Below are positions 49,945 through 62,647 of a stretch of DNA of 64,000 nucleotides, in pieces. The DNA is from Octopus sinensis (lineage: Eukaryota), in assembly GCF_006345805.1 (NCBI RefSeq), contig NC_043006.1:2418001-2482000 (forward strand), in the 5' to 3' direction. The position numbers and the translations under genes were made by a program. A model generated the notes under the pieces. It saw only the letters and a program-made list of their open reading frames with translations, did not search any database and had not been told where the DNA came from. Numbering within the stretch: the first letter of the stretch is position 1; each line of letters begins with the position of its first letter.

Positions 49945-50304
49945 TATGTGTATGTATGTATGTATGTATGTATGTATGTATGTATGTATGTATGTATGTG
50001 TATATGTATGCATGTATGTGTGTATGTATGTATGTATGTATGTAATGTAATGTATGTATGTATGTATGTATGTATGTATGTATGTATGTGTGTGTGTATG
50101 TATGTATGTATGTATGTATGTATGTGTGTATGTATGTATGTATGTATGTATGTATATATGTATGTATGTATGCATGTATGTATGTGTGTGTGTGCGTGTA
50201 TGTATGTATGCATGTATGTATGTATGTATGTATGTATGTATGTATGTGTGTATGTATGTATGTATGTATGCATGTATGTATCTATCTATCTGTCTGTCTG
50301 TCCG

Positions 50305-50335
<31 letters not shown>

Positions 50336-50410
50336 ACCTATCTATCTGTCTGTCTGTCCGTCTCTCTCTCTGTATCTATCTATCTATCTATCTGTCTGTC
50401 TGTCTGTCCG

Positions 50411-50445
<35 letters not shown>
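49945..50445. repeat. (TATG)n then (TCTA/TCTG)n microsatellites
   Basis: Direct reading. Confidence 0.96.
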
Positions 50446-50446
<1 letters not shown>

Positions 50447-50913
50447 ATTTATCTCTGGCTGTCAGTCTGTCTATCTATTGATCTCTCAGCTCATTGGCTC
50501 CTCCACCATCCGTCTGATTGTCTATTTTCCCCTGTCAGTTTGTCTGTCTGTCTGTCTATACATTTATGCACATCAACTTAGATTTATCAGAGAGATAGAC
50601 ATTTCTGCTACGATATCGCTCCCGGTTACAAATTGTTCTAACTACACTATGCACCAACTCCACCCGACTAATGTTAATTAAGTGGTGCCGCAAAGCAATG
50701 GCTGCAAATGATACCAATCTCACTTTACTGTTTCAAAAAAAAAAAAAAAAAGAAACACGAATAGAGGAATTGATAAATAAAATGTAATTAAAGCAAATTG
50801 GCAGCATCTTGGTCCAAATTGATATTCTCTGTTAAAGTAAACATGAAACAAAGTGACAGAGAAAACTTCTGTTGGAGGTTTTGATGAAAACCATTCAAAT
50901 AAGAAACACGATA

Positions 50914-51036
50914 TAAACCTCTGACCTCGGGTGTATAAGGAGTACTTCTTAAACCTCTGACCTCAGGTGTATAAGGAGTACTTCTTAAACCTCAACCTCA
51001 GGTGTATAAGGAGTACTTCTTAAACCTCTGACCTCA
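50914..51036. repeat. 36-bp minisatellite x~3.4
   Basis: TAAACCTCTGACCTCAGGTGTATAAGGAGTACTTCT head-to-tail. Confidence 0.95.
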
Positions 51037-51659
51037 AACCATAGGATACCATGTTTATGGATCAATGAGGTCATATGAATAGAACTGATGCCTCTACCAT
51101 GCTCTTACAAATCCTAATCCATTTTTTTCTCTCATTTTAGTAAGTTTCTTTCAAAACACTGGTTGTATATACAGAAATAAGTGTATAAGAAAGATAATAT
51201 TTTCCCCTATGAATTTGTGTGTCTATATTTTGTGGTTTGTATGTTTTCTCTCATATGTGTCTGTGTGTGTATATATATACATCCTCTCTTACTGCTTCTG
51301 TTTCTTTATCCATTTGAGGATTTCTTCCAGGCATTAATCCACCATTCTCATGTTTGGCCCTGAGGCTTTATTCATTTCTTGTTTTCGTCCATCATTTTAA
51401 ATTACATTTCTTCACATTCATTCGTCCACCCTGTATTATTCTGTTTGCTCAAGCCCTAATTCTACACAAATCTTGCAGGTGCTACACATATACAAAGTTC
51501 CTAGTTTTATTGTTAAAGGCATCAAACAGGTATTAGTATTTTCAGTCGATAACTGATGAAGAATTAGGGTCCTGGTGTCTGTCCTACGCGTACGGTTTGT
51601 AGCGTTTAATGCATTTTTCATTTAAGGAATAGCTGAATGCCATGCATCCCGACTTTCAT

Positions 51660-52212
51660 TAACAGTAGGTTTGTCGGGTAGGGGTAGGGGTCTACCAAGG
51701 ATCAGTCCTCAGCCCCCTCTTATTAATCATAGTCCTCCAGGCAATAACAGAGGAATTCAAGACTGGATGCCCCTGGGAGCTCCTCTATGCTGATGACCTT
51801 GCTCTAATTGCTGAGTCACTATCAGAACTAGAGGAGAAGTTTCAGGTGTGGTGTGGATGCAAGGATTAGAATCGAAGGGCCTTAGAGTCAACCTAGCTAA
51901 AACCAAAGTCTTAATAAGTAGGAAGGCAGACAAACCACAAATCCCTTCAGGTAGATGGCCCTGCTCGATCTGTAGAAAAGGCGTAGGTAGAAACTCCATA
52001 AGATGTACCCAGTGTAAGCTATGGACACATAAGAGGTGCAGCAATGTCAAAGGAAGGCTAACTGGGAAGATGGCTTTTGTCTGTGGCAAATGCTCAGGAG
52101 CAATAAACCCTGAAAATGTGCAGAGATCAGCTTCTGTCACATTCCAAGGAGAAAAACTAGAAATAGTTGATAGCTTCTGTTATCTAGGTGACCAAGTCAG
52201 TAGCAGGGGGAG
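51660..52212 (+). mobile_element. RTE LINE internal fragment (RT domains + PHD-like finger)
   Basis: High identity to the reverse complement of ~20950-21480; LYADD; ORF 51848-52249. Confidence 0.93.
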
Positions 52213-52217
52213 GGTAC

Positions 52218-52593
52218 TTTGCCTCATCAGTGGAATACACCCAAAATAGTACATAAATATAAATACATATATACAACATACGAATATTTACATATACATA
52301 TATACACATATACATGCATATATATGTGCGTATATGTAAGTATTCGTATCTTGTATATATATATATATCTGTATTTATGTACTATCTTGTGGATATTCCA
52401 CTGATGAAGCAAAGCATTTCTTATGCAAAGCTAGAAATCCAGGTCTTGGTATTATCCAATAATTCTTTGCTAGTTTATTTTGTCTCTTTGCTTTCTCTCC
52501 TGGTGCTGTATGAACATTTAATGTGGTTTTAGAGTCAAATTTTGGCTGCTATATCTAGCATGGTGGTATCTTTTAGATACCCTTAATTATAAT
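52218..52593 (+). ncRNA. pLTR-like repeat with hammerhead (52390-52458) preceded by an inverted partial copy
   Basis: CTGATGA(52401)-AGC..GCT-a-GAAA(52434)-tccagG-TC; 52218-52270 reads ..ttccaCTGATGAggcaaa on the minus strand. Confidence 0.75.
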
Positions 52594-52594
52594 T

Positions 52595-52709
52595 GCGGGT
52601 TCAATCCCACTGCATGGCACCTTGGGCAAGTGTTTTCTGCTATAGCTTCGGGTCGACCAAAGCCTTGTGAGTGGATTTGGGAGACGGAAACTGAAAGAAG
52701 CCTGTCGTA

Positions 52710-52751
<42 letters not shown>

Positions 52752-53830
52752 TGTGTGTATGTATGTGTATATGTTTGTGTATCTGTGTTTAGGTCCCCGT
52801 AACTTAGCGGTTTGGCAAAAGAGACCGATAGAATAAGTACTAGGCTTACAAAGAATAAGTCCTGGGGTCGATTTGATTCGACTGAAGGCAGTGCTCCAGC
52901 ATGGCCACAGTCAAATGGCTGAAACAAGTAAAAGAATAAAAGAATACATTTTGATGTTGTAGATTACAATTATCTTTTTCATGCTTGTCATTTGAATGTG
53001 GCCATGCTGGAGCATTGATTGAAGGATTTTTGTGCTGAATGTATTGACCCCAGTACTTGCTTCTTTTAAAGCCTGGTACTTATTCTGTCAGTCTCTTTTG
53101 CTGAACCACTAAGTTATAGGGACATAAAAACACCAACACTAGTTGTCAAATGGTAGTGTGGGACAGACACAAAGACACACACATATACAACAGGCTTCTT
53201 TCAGTTTCCATCTACCAAATTAACTCACAAGGCTTTGGTCAGCCTGACGCTAGAGGAGAAGACACTTGCCCAAGGTACCACACAATGGGATCGAGTCCAT
53301 GACCATATGGTTGAGAAGCAAACTTCTTGCACACAGTTATGCCTGTGCCTAAGAAAAATTACTTTTGAGGAATTCTTCACTGTTTCTTTTCTGAAATATT
53401 TTTTAATAAAATATTTTCCCAAATTACCAGATGTCAATTTGTTTGTATGGCTGTTTGGTATGCTACAGGCCTGGAAAGGCTGTGTGGTAGGAAGTTAGCT
53501 TCCCAACTAGATGGTTCCAGGTTCAGTCCTACTGAGTGGCACCTTAGGCGAGTGTCTTCTACTCTAGCCTTGGGCCAACCAAAAACCTACTGAGTGGATT
53601 TGGTAGACAGAAACTGAAAGAAACTCGTCTGTGTTTCCCATCGCCACTTGACAACTGGCACTGATGTGTTTGAGTCTCCTTAACTTAGCGGCTCGACAAA
53701 ACAAGACCGATAGAATAAGTACCCGGCTTCAAAAAATTAAGTACTTTGGTCGATACATTTGACTATAAATTCTTCAAGGCAGTGCCCCAGCATGACCACA
53801 GTTTAATGATTGAAACCAGTAAAAGGTTAA
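52595..53830. mobile_element. Cluster of three SINE A copies (+,-,+)
   Basis: 52595-52945 +, 52970-53350 -, 53475-53830 +. Confidence 0.85.
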
Positions 53831-53854
53831 AGGTAACCAGTTCTAGAAGGGAAA

Positions 53855-55198
53855 GGGCGGAATAGACCCCAAAAGTAAGGTTGATTTTTTTTTTTTTTGG
53901 TAAATTTTGGCCACGTGTTTAATTAAGAAAAAAAAATCTCTTTTTTTATGCGTAGAATCAAGTACCCAGACAGCCTAATGGACCGCAAACCCCTTAGTTT
54001 TGTTCGGAAAAAAGGAGGAGGGAAACCGGACCCCGCCCCCTCCAAGAGATTTCACGCTACCCCCAACATTATACAGAAATACGAAAATAATCGGATTGGG
54101 AGGGGTGAAATTTTCGAGGGTTCCACCCCAACCACTTTCCGGACCAAAAAAAGGGTTTTAGTAGAATAATAGGTCACCTTAATTCATTCAACAAAAAAAT
54201 TTCCAATGATTCTGGGATATGGATGGGGTCCGGTTCCCCACTTTTTTTTTCCGAACAAAAATAAGGGGTTTGCGGCACATTAGGAGGTTAGGGTACCTGA
54301 TTTCACACTAAAAATATTTTTTTCTTTGTGAAACTCGTGCGGGTGTACTTCACAAAATTTATCTTTTTTTTTTAACATAATTATAATTTACAGCAAAAGA
54401 TATGAGGGAACAAAGTCAACTCGTGTGAATTATTCGAAATCCGTCGCACGCCTCCGAAAAATTTCTCATCACAAATTCCAATGTAATCATAATATACACC
54501 ATATGAAATGTATTTGCAGAGAATTTCATTGGAAAATATCCGTTTTTCAGAAAGCTATGATAAAAAAAATTCGCGAGGGCACAGTGGTGTAGTGATGCTC
54601 ATCATTTTCCTCAGGACGATATAAAAGCTAATGAATGCTAAAATATGAATTCATAAACTATACAGGTTTTTATCATATGGTAAAAAGTAGCATAAATAAT
54701 ATGTAAAAATAATAAAAATACTTTTAAAAAAATTTAATCATTCAATTAAACCCAAAGTCAATTTTAATCCTTGTGATATATCGTTTTATTTACTTTCAAT
54801 TTGTTACACATTTTCTTTCTAATCATTATTTCCGTTTAATGCGCAGCGTATGAAACGTTATCAACTTACACATTCATGATCGCTTTAAGTTAATAATTTC
54901 TCAACGAGTGGCCAACCTTCTGGGAAATGGGTATTTCTTTCGAACTACACTGATGTTGCCCGAAATAAATACCCATTCTGTCTACTCTGAAGGCAGGTAA
55001 AGAATACGCACGCGGGCCCGTTTTCCGCATAAGCCTAACCCTAACCGCCGAAAGCGGGTGGTGTGCGTATTCTTTACCTTCGCCTTACCCTGTATGTGTA
55101 ATCTACAGATTACCAAAACCATGAGATTACAATTTATTAGCAGAGTTTAATTTCGAGTATCTGCATGTACGGGGTTTACTTTTGGGCGTATCACGCTC
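53855..55198. mobile_element. Non-autonomous DNA transposon, superfamily unassigned
   Basis: Imperfect TIRs GGGCGGAATAGACCCCAAAAGTAA / rc GAGCGTGATACGCCCAAAAGTAA; internal ~78-bp inverted repeat. Confidence 0.6.
54990..55086. mobile_element. Tiny MITE-like hairpin with telomere-like core
   Basis: AGGTAAAGAATACGCAC (54995-55011) / GTGCGTATTCTTTACCT (55063-55079), perfect 17-bp IR around CCTAACCCTAACC. Confidence 0.7.
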
Positions 55199-57254
55199 CA
55201 GATAGATATTGTTATAACAATCGTTCGTTGATATGGTTTTCGTCGTTGCCAACTCAAAAGAAGAGTATTCGTTACCGCGAGATTCTTTACCACAGACGTT
55301 CATTATTGAGATGAAAAAAGTGGGTGGAGGGGGGGGGGGTGCAGATCAACTCTGGTTGCAAAATTCTCAAGGGATGTTAAGTTGACGGACGATGAGCACA
55401 AGATCATCAGAACACTCTAGTTCTGAGAGAAACAGGCTCTACAGACATCGCTTTTGTTTGAGTGGGAGACCTATTTCTTGGACGGGGAGAGATTTTGCCT
55501 AAGGATGTAGACAAAGAAGAAAAAAAAATCTAGGCAGTTCTTTTGGAAGGATTCCTGATGTTGCAAACTCTTTTGCCAGACTGTCCGTTTTGCGCGAAGT
55601 TTCGTTTTGGTGCATCGTAATAGCTTTGGCAATCAAATCCGAGATACTGAAGTTACGGGATTTGTAACGACCTTTCTGCTGACGCTAATCCATAAATACT
55701 TATTGAAGCTTTTACTTGGAGATTCTAAACTTTCGGTGAGCAAATTTGGGCAGACCTGCACAACTGTGACCCCGCCTTCGTCTCTTACTTTGTTTCTACA
55801 TAACCTTCAGGAAAATAAATTTCTTTTTTTTAATGGAAATTACTAGTAATACCTTTCATATTGTATAGATTACAATTATTTCAAAGTTTATTATGAAAAA
55901 AATTGCGTAATTAGAGAGAGGAGTTTCGGATAATCCACACAAGTCGACTTTGCTCATAGCTTTCAGAAAAATAGGTATTTTTTAATGCCGTTTTCTACAA
56001 ATACTTATCAGATAGTGTTCATTATGGTTAAATCTAAAAGTGGTAGGCGTGCACACATGCGGATGCACATCACATATATAGCTATAAGCTGAAACATGTC
56101 GTTTCGAAAAAATGTGTTCGCGCCTACCATTTTTTTTTTTTTTTTTTGTATATATCAAATTCCGTTATGATAGGAAACTACAGCATCTAAAAGGTGGTGT
56201 AGGTTCTGGAAATAATGAGGAAACAAAGTCGGGTGGGGGGGTCACATTTGTGTAGGCATATCCAAATTTGTATACCGTCATCTGTGAAGTAAAGATAAGT
56301 GGAAAATCACAGACTATGCTGCCAAATTTGATTATATTTTAATAGAATTTTTTTTGTTAATTTAAAAACTGTGACCCAATGCGTTAATAATACCAGGGTG
56401 CATTACATTGCACTGAGACTCAAAGATCTGCAGAGACTTATGGATTTGTCAAAACGGTCTCTTGGCACCCCAACGTAGAGGAATCCATCCACCCATGTTT
56501 AAATTTTTTCTTGATACTTTATATTTTATTTAGCAATTTCTTTAATGCAAGTGAATACCAAAATCTCAATAAATTGCCGTCTGTTATTGCGTAAGTATGG
56601 CACCACCTCAATTAAAAAGTTGGTAAGTTCGGTCATCAGAAGAATAGACGAACCTTTCAGTCCTTGCCTCTGAACTCCTTTGCAGCCGGAACTGATGGTT
56701 TTTCAGAGAAATACTATATCGAGCATTTTAAAAATACTATAACAAGTATTTTAAAACCTGAATTTCTGACGAAAGCAACCCTTTATTCAGTCTATTAATA
56801 GGTGCCATTTATTTCGAGTGTCCCGCTGTAAAATACATTCAAATTTTTCATCCAAGCGTGGACGAGAAGCTATTTGGCAAAAAAACTTCACCACAAACAG
56901 GGTAAAATTTTCCAATCCAAATTTATTTTCACGTAATTTTCGAAGATCTAAGCTCTGCGATTAAACTTTCGAAGGAAATATTCTGATTTTAAGCCGATCT
57001 TAAATCGACTTCACTCTCAGCGACCAGAACAAATTCAAGTAGTTTAATTCAAATGTATCTATGTACTTTATTTATTTATTTTTTATTTTTTGCTTATTCT
57101 TTTACAAAATCTGCGACATCATATTCTTTTTTAAAAAGACTACTTGATATTGTAAAATCTTGATCTGAATTTTTTATATTTTTTATTTTTGCTGGAACAG
57201 AGAAGTCCCCCCCCCCCGCAGAAGACAGAACGTTTATGATCATTTTAACTGTTA

Positions 57255-57472
57255 AGGCGGCGAGCTGGCAGAAACGGTAGCACGACGGGCGAAATTCTTA
57301 GCGGTATTTCGTCTGCCGCTACGTTCTGAGTTCAAATTCCGCCGTGGTCGACTTTGCCTCTCATCCTTTCGGGATCGATAAATTAAGTACCAGTTGTATA
57401 CTGGGGTCGATCTAATCGACTGACCCCCTCCCCCAATTTCAGGCCTTGTGCTTATAGTAGACAGGATTATCA
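57255..57472 (+). mobile_element. SINE family B, full-length young copy
   Basis: 'ggcggcgagctggcagaaacggtagc', B box GAGTTCAAATTCC, CpGs intact. Confidence 0.92.
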
Positions 57473-57941
57473 TTATGGAAGAAGCATTAACACACTGTTC
57501 TTTAATCCGTATGTGTACTTATCTGATGGTGCTTCCCATGTAGGATTCATAACATTTTCCGAATCTGATTTAATGCATCACATAGGACCGCAAACGTATT
57601 TTCATCGTTGATCTGGCAACGTACGTGTGGTATTGTTCTGTGTTGGCCCGTTTTTAGTTGGGCCCTTGTTTAAAGTGAGTCCGAAGTGTGCCAGTCGTAT
57701 ATTCCATCTCGATTTACGGATCGCCCGTTTGATTGAAGCAGTTTTCGTTAAACAAAAAAAACATGCCTCTAGATAACATTCAAGATCAAAACAGATGCAT
57801 GTATATATATGTGTGTGCGACTGTTTGATTACAAGTGAATTTAACTGTAGCAGAAATATTAAGCAACCGAACCCGGATCACTATATCTAATAAAAAACAA
57901 AAATCAAACATACGATCGCGATTCTCTAGAATGTTACCAAC

Positions 57942-58013
57942 CTTATCAAAAACATCTAACCATTGAAGACATTCTGTAGAATCGGATCTAACAATTTCAG
58001 CTTTGGCGCGCAT
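57942..58013 (-). other. Candidate first coding exon (MRAKAEIVRSDSTECLQWLDVFDK)
   Basis: agaaaATG context, donor AAG|gttggt, CpG-rich unique upstream sequence; no recognisable homology. Confidence 0.25.
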
Positions 58014-58189
58014 TTTCTGAGCCAGATCACCCCTATGTATTCAGCGCGTTTTAGCCATTAAGCGACTGACATGAACCGGACACAAAACAATAGCAGAAGC
58101 AGCAGCTGACCAGAGCGCTGTGACAACACCAAAATAATAGACGAACACATAGTGACCAGTTAACGCCTTGACAACCACTGCTATTATAC

Positions 58190-58350
58190 CTATTTCTTTA
58201 TTATCCACAAGGGGCTAAACATAGAGGGGACAAACAAGGACAGACATAGGTATTAAGTCGATTACATCGACCCCAGTGCGTAATTGGTACTTAGTTTATC
58301 AACCCCGAAAGGATGAAAGGCAAAGTCGACCTCGGCAGAATTTGAACTCG
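58190..58350 (-). mobile_element. SINE family B variant with Tx1/L1-like tail, 5' truncated
   Basis: Matches 45868-46035. Confidence 0.85.
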
Positions 58351-58896
58351 AAGAATAAGCTTCAAACTATCTCGGTGTTTGTCGTTGGTAGAAACGATAA
58401 TATTCTTTAGTTTACAATAAAAAAAAATATCTTTAATAAAAAATCTCAAACAGATTTCAGTTTTCTTTATCGCAACATTACAATGAAAACGTTTGTAACA
58501 GCGTTGGGTGAAGTAGAGTGTGACGAGAGTTTGTATAGTATAAAGAAAAGTAAGGATCATAGGTCGGTGGCAGGAGAAAATGATGCGGTGAAGAGTCGGA
58601 CAGTGGTCGCTGCGTATGAAACAAATACGAGGGCAGCGAAGACGGTGGTGGACAGTCTGACAAGATATACCAATTTACGTTGCGAATGTGAACTTTTAGT
58701 TTCCATCACGGCCACAATGCCGAGTAGAATTGCACGGTTTAAATATCAGATAGTTATCTTTTATGTGGTTCGACAATTTAAGGAGAGCAAACTGCGTGTC
58801 GGAGACGATAATATGAAATGTTGCATCAACACGGTGAAATGTTATAGACTGTCGCTGGAGCATTTCGAGTCTTGCAAGTTACACTGTGTTGGATAT

Positions 58897-61730
58897 TGAT
58901 TTTTATTACCCACAAGGGGCCAACGAAGAGGGGACAATACAATCTGATTTTGGGGTCAGATGAGCGAATGGTTATACAAAAAATTGACATTAAAAATTTA
59001 ACAAAAATAATAAAATATAATAAAATCGAATGGTAGGACAGATCGGAAGACATTACGAATGGAGTGGGGGGCGGGTTTAATTCGGACCCCACGATCCCCG
59101 CCTCGCCACTGATACCTGAGTTACATCCTGTGTCGCATTCATGAGGTTCCATCCACGCGCAACATCCGTGCTGCATTCTTCCATCGATTTTCAAACATTT
59201 TCACAGTCAGGCATTTTCTCTCTAACCCTATTTTCCTTTTAAGGTGAAAGGTGAAGTAATTCACCAATTCAGGGCCAGAGATGAAAGTGCCTGACTTTAA
59301 CCCTTTCAGCCTCGTTCTCCAAATCACCTCTCTCGCGATTGCTACTACGATGAGAAAACAATTCTTACCTCCTTTCGAAAGGAAATCAGGCGGGTCAATT
59401 TTTACTATAAACTCAGTCGATAGCTGTACTCTTCCTGCACTTGACAACAGTTGTTCAGCATAAACCCACACATCTGACACCTCCGAACATTGAACAATAG
59501 CATGCGGGACGGTTTCCTTATCCCGCTCGCATCTTGGACAGGTCGAAGGGTCACAGCCACCATACCTTGTGGGCTTGTCCCGACAGGTAAGGCTCCTCGG
59601 TAACACTGCCATGCCAGAGACTTCTGAAAGTTGTCCAGGGTCTTCGGTCCGAATGTACGTCGGAGCAGACTGGCCAGCTGATTATCGTCGAGACCTACGG
59701 TCTCCCCTAAAGTATCGTCATATTCCGCCTCTACAAGCCCACTATAAAAGAATGCGGTGGAACCTCCACCGCAGGCATTGCCCGAGGGACGGAATAGCAG
59801 GAGAGCCTTGCGACACTCCGTAAACCATGTACCCAAACTTCGATCTTCGATAGAACCATGATTCCCGTCCACTGAAACTAGTGAACTTGGGAAACATCCA
59901 TTTCGCCAGCGGAGACCACACCCGTTCACCATCCAGGTAGAGCCACAGATGCCTCAACCTCAGCGCATGTCTGCGCATCAACAGCCAAGGCATCCCTAGC
60001 CCACCCTTTAACGGTTGTTGGCAGCAAGTAGAGCGTTTCAGAAGAGGTTTCCAGCCCCTCCACAAAAAGTGGAAGAGCTGTCTTTCCAGCTTGATCAACC
60101 ACGAATAAGAGCAAGGAACGACGGATAGGCAGTAGGTGATGACCGATGCGATGAACACAAGACCAGGCCTTGACTATGTGGGTCACCCTGCTCGATAACT
60201 CGGCCCAGTTCTTCTCTATTTGGACGTCTGGTCCAAACCAAGCTCCTAGCAACTTAATCGGACCCTCCGTCCAACGTCCCACGACGCTGTCAGGAGGCAT
60301 CGACTTGCTTCTCCAGGTGCCGAGCTGCAAGCCGATTGACTTTTCACGATTAACTTTTGCTCCTGTCACCGTCTCGTAAACCTTAATGGCCTTGCCTACC
60401 CTCTGTAGGTGATCCATTTCGGTTACGATGATGGTGATGTCATCCGCCTAGGCTGACACCGACTTTCCACAACCTGGCTGTCTCGGGATGCCGCTCAATT
60501 TTCGCAGTAATGGCTCAAGAGCCATCACGTACAAATGCAGGGAGAGCGGGCACTTTTGGCGAACCGAGCGTTTGATGTTGAACGGCTTCGATAAGAAGTC
60601 GTTCATCCGAACTACCGAGTCGATGTTGTCATAAATCTGAAAGATCCACCTGAGGAAGCCAAGACCCAGGCCGAACTGTGCCAGAACGGACACCAGGTAG
60701 CGATGGTCAACCCTATCAAATGCCTTAGATTGGTCTAAATGGACCAATGCCCCACCATTTCCAGAATCACTATTAAACCCTTCTAAAGTATACCGCATAA
60801 GATGGAAAATTATCCTGGATGGTTCTGCTGGGAACGGCCATGTCTGTGCCTCCCCGATCAGACCATCCACGACACGCGCCAATCTTTTCGATAACACTTT
60901 GGCCAAAATCTTCTACTCTGCGTTTAGCAGAATGACGGGCCGAAAATTTTCAACGGAATACCCTTTTCCGAGTCCTTTCTGACAAGCGTCACCAGATCTG
61001 TGACGCAGAGTTGAAGATTGGTCTGTGCGCACAGATCTGGGAATAAACCCGTTCTGCTGCCAGTTCGCGTGGACATTCGCCAGCAGGTGCCCGAACAAGT
61101 CTGGCATACTCTTATACAACTCATATGACAGACCATCCAGTCCCGGCGCCCTACCCGCGCTGCAGTCTGCCATAGCCTCAATTACCTCCTCAGGCGTGAT
61201 CGGCCCTTCACAGCACTCCGCGTCCCGCCCCGTTAGGCGCAGCAGCCCAGTGAAGAAATCCGTTAGGTCCCTCCTACTATTCAGTCCGCCTCCCCCACCG
61301 AAAAGCTGGGCGAAGTGCTCCTGAAAAGCCTCACACATTTCCTCGGGCTCGCCTATCAACTTACCTTGTTGGGTCGTCAAAAATCGGAATGTGGCATCAT
61401 TATCACGTTGGGCTTCCACCCCTCGGGCCTATCCTGCGGCATTGATCCCCTCACAACCCACTGCACGAAGTCTAGCCCTGACAATGCAACCCATGTGTTT
61501 GGCTTCAAGGTACTGGTTTGACGCCAGTTTTCATTCTTTCCTCTAAATCTTAAACTAAAGCTGATTCCCTCCTAGCCTCTCTAGCCACTAAATCTATGCT
61601 ATATCTAATAGACTCAAATTTTATGGCTCGCTTGAGGGCATACCACCATTTATTATTAATAATGGAACCAGTCAATGCCCTCTGAATCAACATCTTAATC
61701 CGGTCTCTATACTCCTTACTGTGTGTAGGA
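58897..61730 (-). mobile_element. Tx1/L1-clade LINE, 5' truncated, frameshifted ORF2
   Basis: RAPGLDGLSYELY, NFRPVILLNAE, LDQSKAFDRVDH, SVRQKCPLS, SA*ADD, GAKVNREKS, KGGLGMP, CCHC knuckle CPRC..ETVPHAIVQC; 3' end with AATAAA. Confidence 0.93.
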
Positions 61731-61739
61731 AATGATAAC

Positions 61740-62647
61740 TTCAGGACGTTCTGGTGCTATTTCTTGCTAGTGCTAATCAAGTAGCTAATTAAAGGCATAC
61801 ATTTTTGAGGGAACAGGTAGAATATTTTACATCTTCGAGTGAGATCAGCGAGATCAAATTTTTAAAAATCCGTTTGCTGTAGATATTCGGTCGATGCGAA
61901 TGGACAATGAAGGGTAACTAGCTGCAATGTGCATCCGTTTATATAATCAAGGTGCATGGATTTTTTGTTGAAGGGAGTTCTGTCAATAAAGATAAGGTAA
62001 TTATTTGCAGATGATTACTGCGTACCTACAATGCACATTTTACAATAATTGACGGAAGATTCTGAGACGAGATTTAAAGAATTAAATGTACTGAAAATTC
62101 CTGACTGGGTGAAAAAACACCCATTTGTAAACAAAATAGAACAAAAACAATGATCTACAGGAGACCGTCATTGGTTTACAAAATGAAGTAGTAATAAGGA
62201 TTATTAAAAATCAAAGCTTGTGTGATATGTGGTTGTAATGTAATGTGGAGGTATCGTATATTATAGAACAAAGCCAAGTTAATTTTGTGTGTGTATGTGT
62301 GTGTGCTTTTCTATTCTCCCATGCAGTGGGAAAAGGTTTTAGTGCTGCCAGGGGCCCTCAGGGCAAGCTGAACTTCAGCGTCCTTACAAGTAGATTTTTT
62401 AAAAATTTCCAGAAAGAGAAAAACTGAAAATTTAGACTAGAAAGCACATGGCGCTCCGGCGACTGCCCAAGTTGCCGGTACCATGAGCTGGCCCTAGTGA
62501 ATCAAATTTTGACCGAGCATAGGAACTGAACGAGGGCAGCCCATTCGGTTTCTATTCAGTATGGGGATTTGCGGCTTCTTTTCCCGAATTTGGAAACCAA
62601 ATATTGCAGAACTTTCTACTGGTTATCAACCACAAGGATCACATTAG
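61740..62647 (+). mobile_element. hAT (Charlie/Buster-like) transposase remnant; probable 5' part at ~58480-58896, split by the LINE
   Basis: EDSETRFKELNVLKIPDWV..PF, YGDLRLL, KPNIAELSTGYQPQGSH* (62647), the typical Charlie-type C-terminus; the link to the upstream part is weaker. Confidence 0.7.

Noticed and set aside
50914-51036. 36-bp repeats of CRISPR-like length
   Set aside because: Head-to-tail with no spacers, no cas genes, eukaryotic context: a minisatellite
51549-51575. CTGATGA possible hammerhead core
   Set aside because: No downstream stem II-GAAA-stem III; at most a truncated remnant
55033-55046. Telomeric repeat / interstitial telomere
   Set aside because: Only about two CCCTAA units inside a MITE-like hairpin
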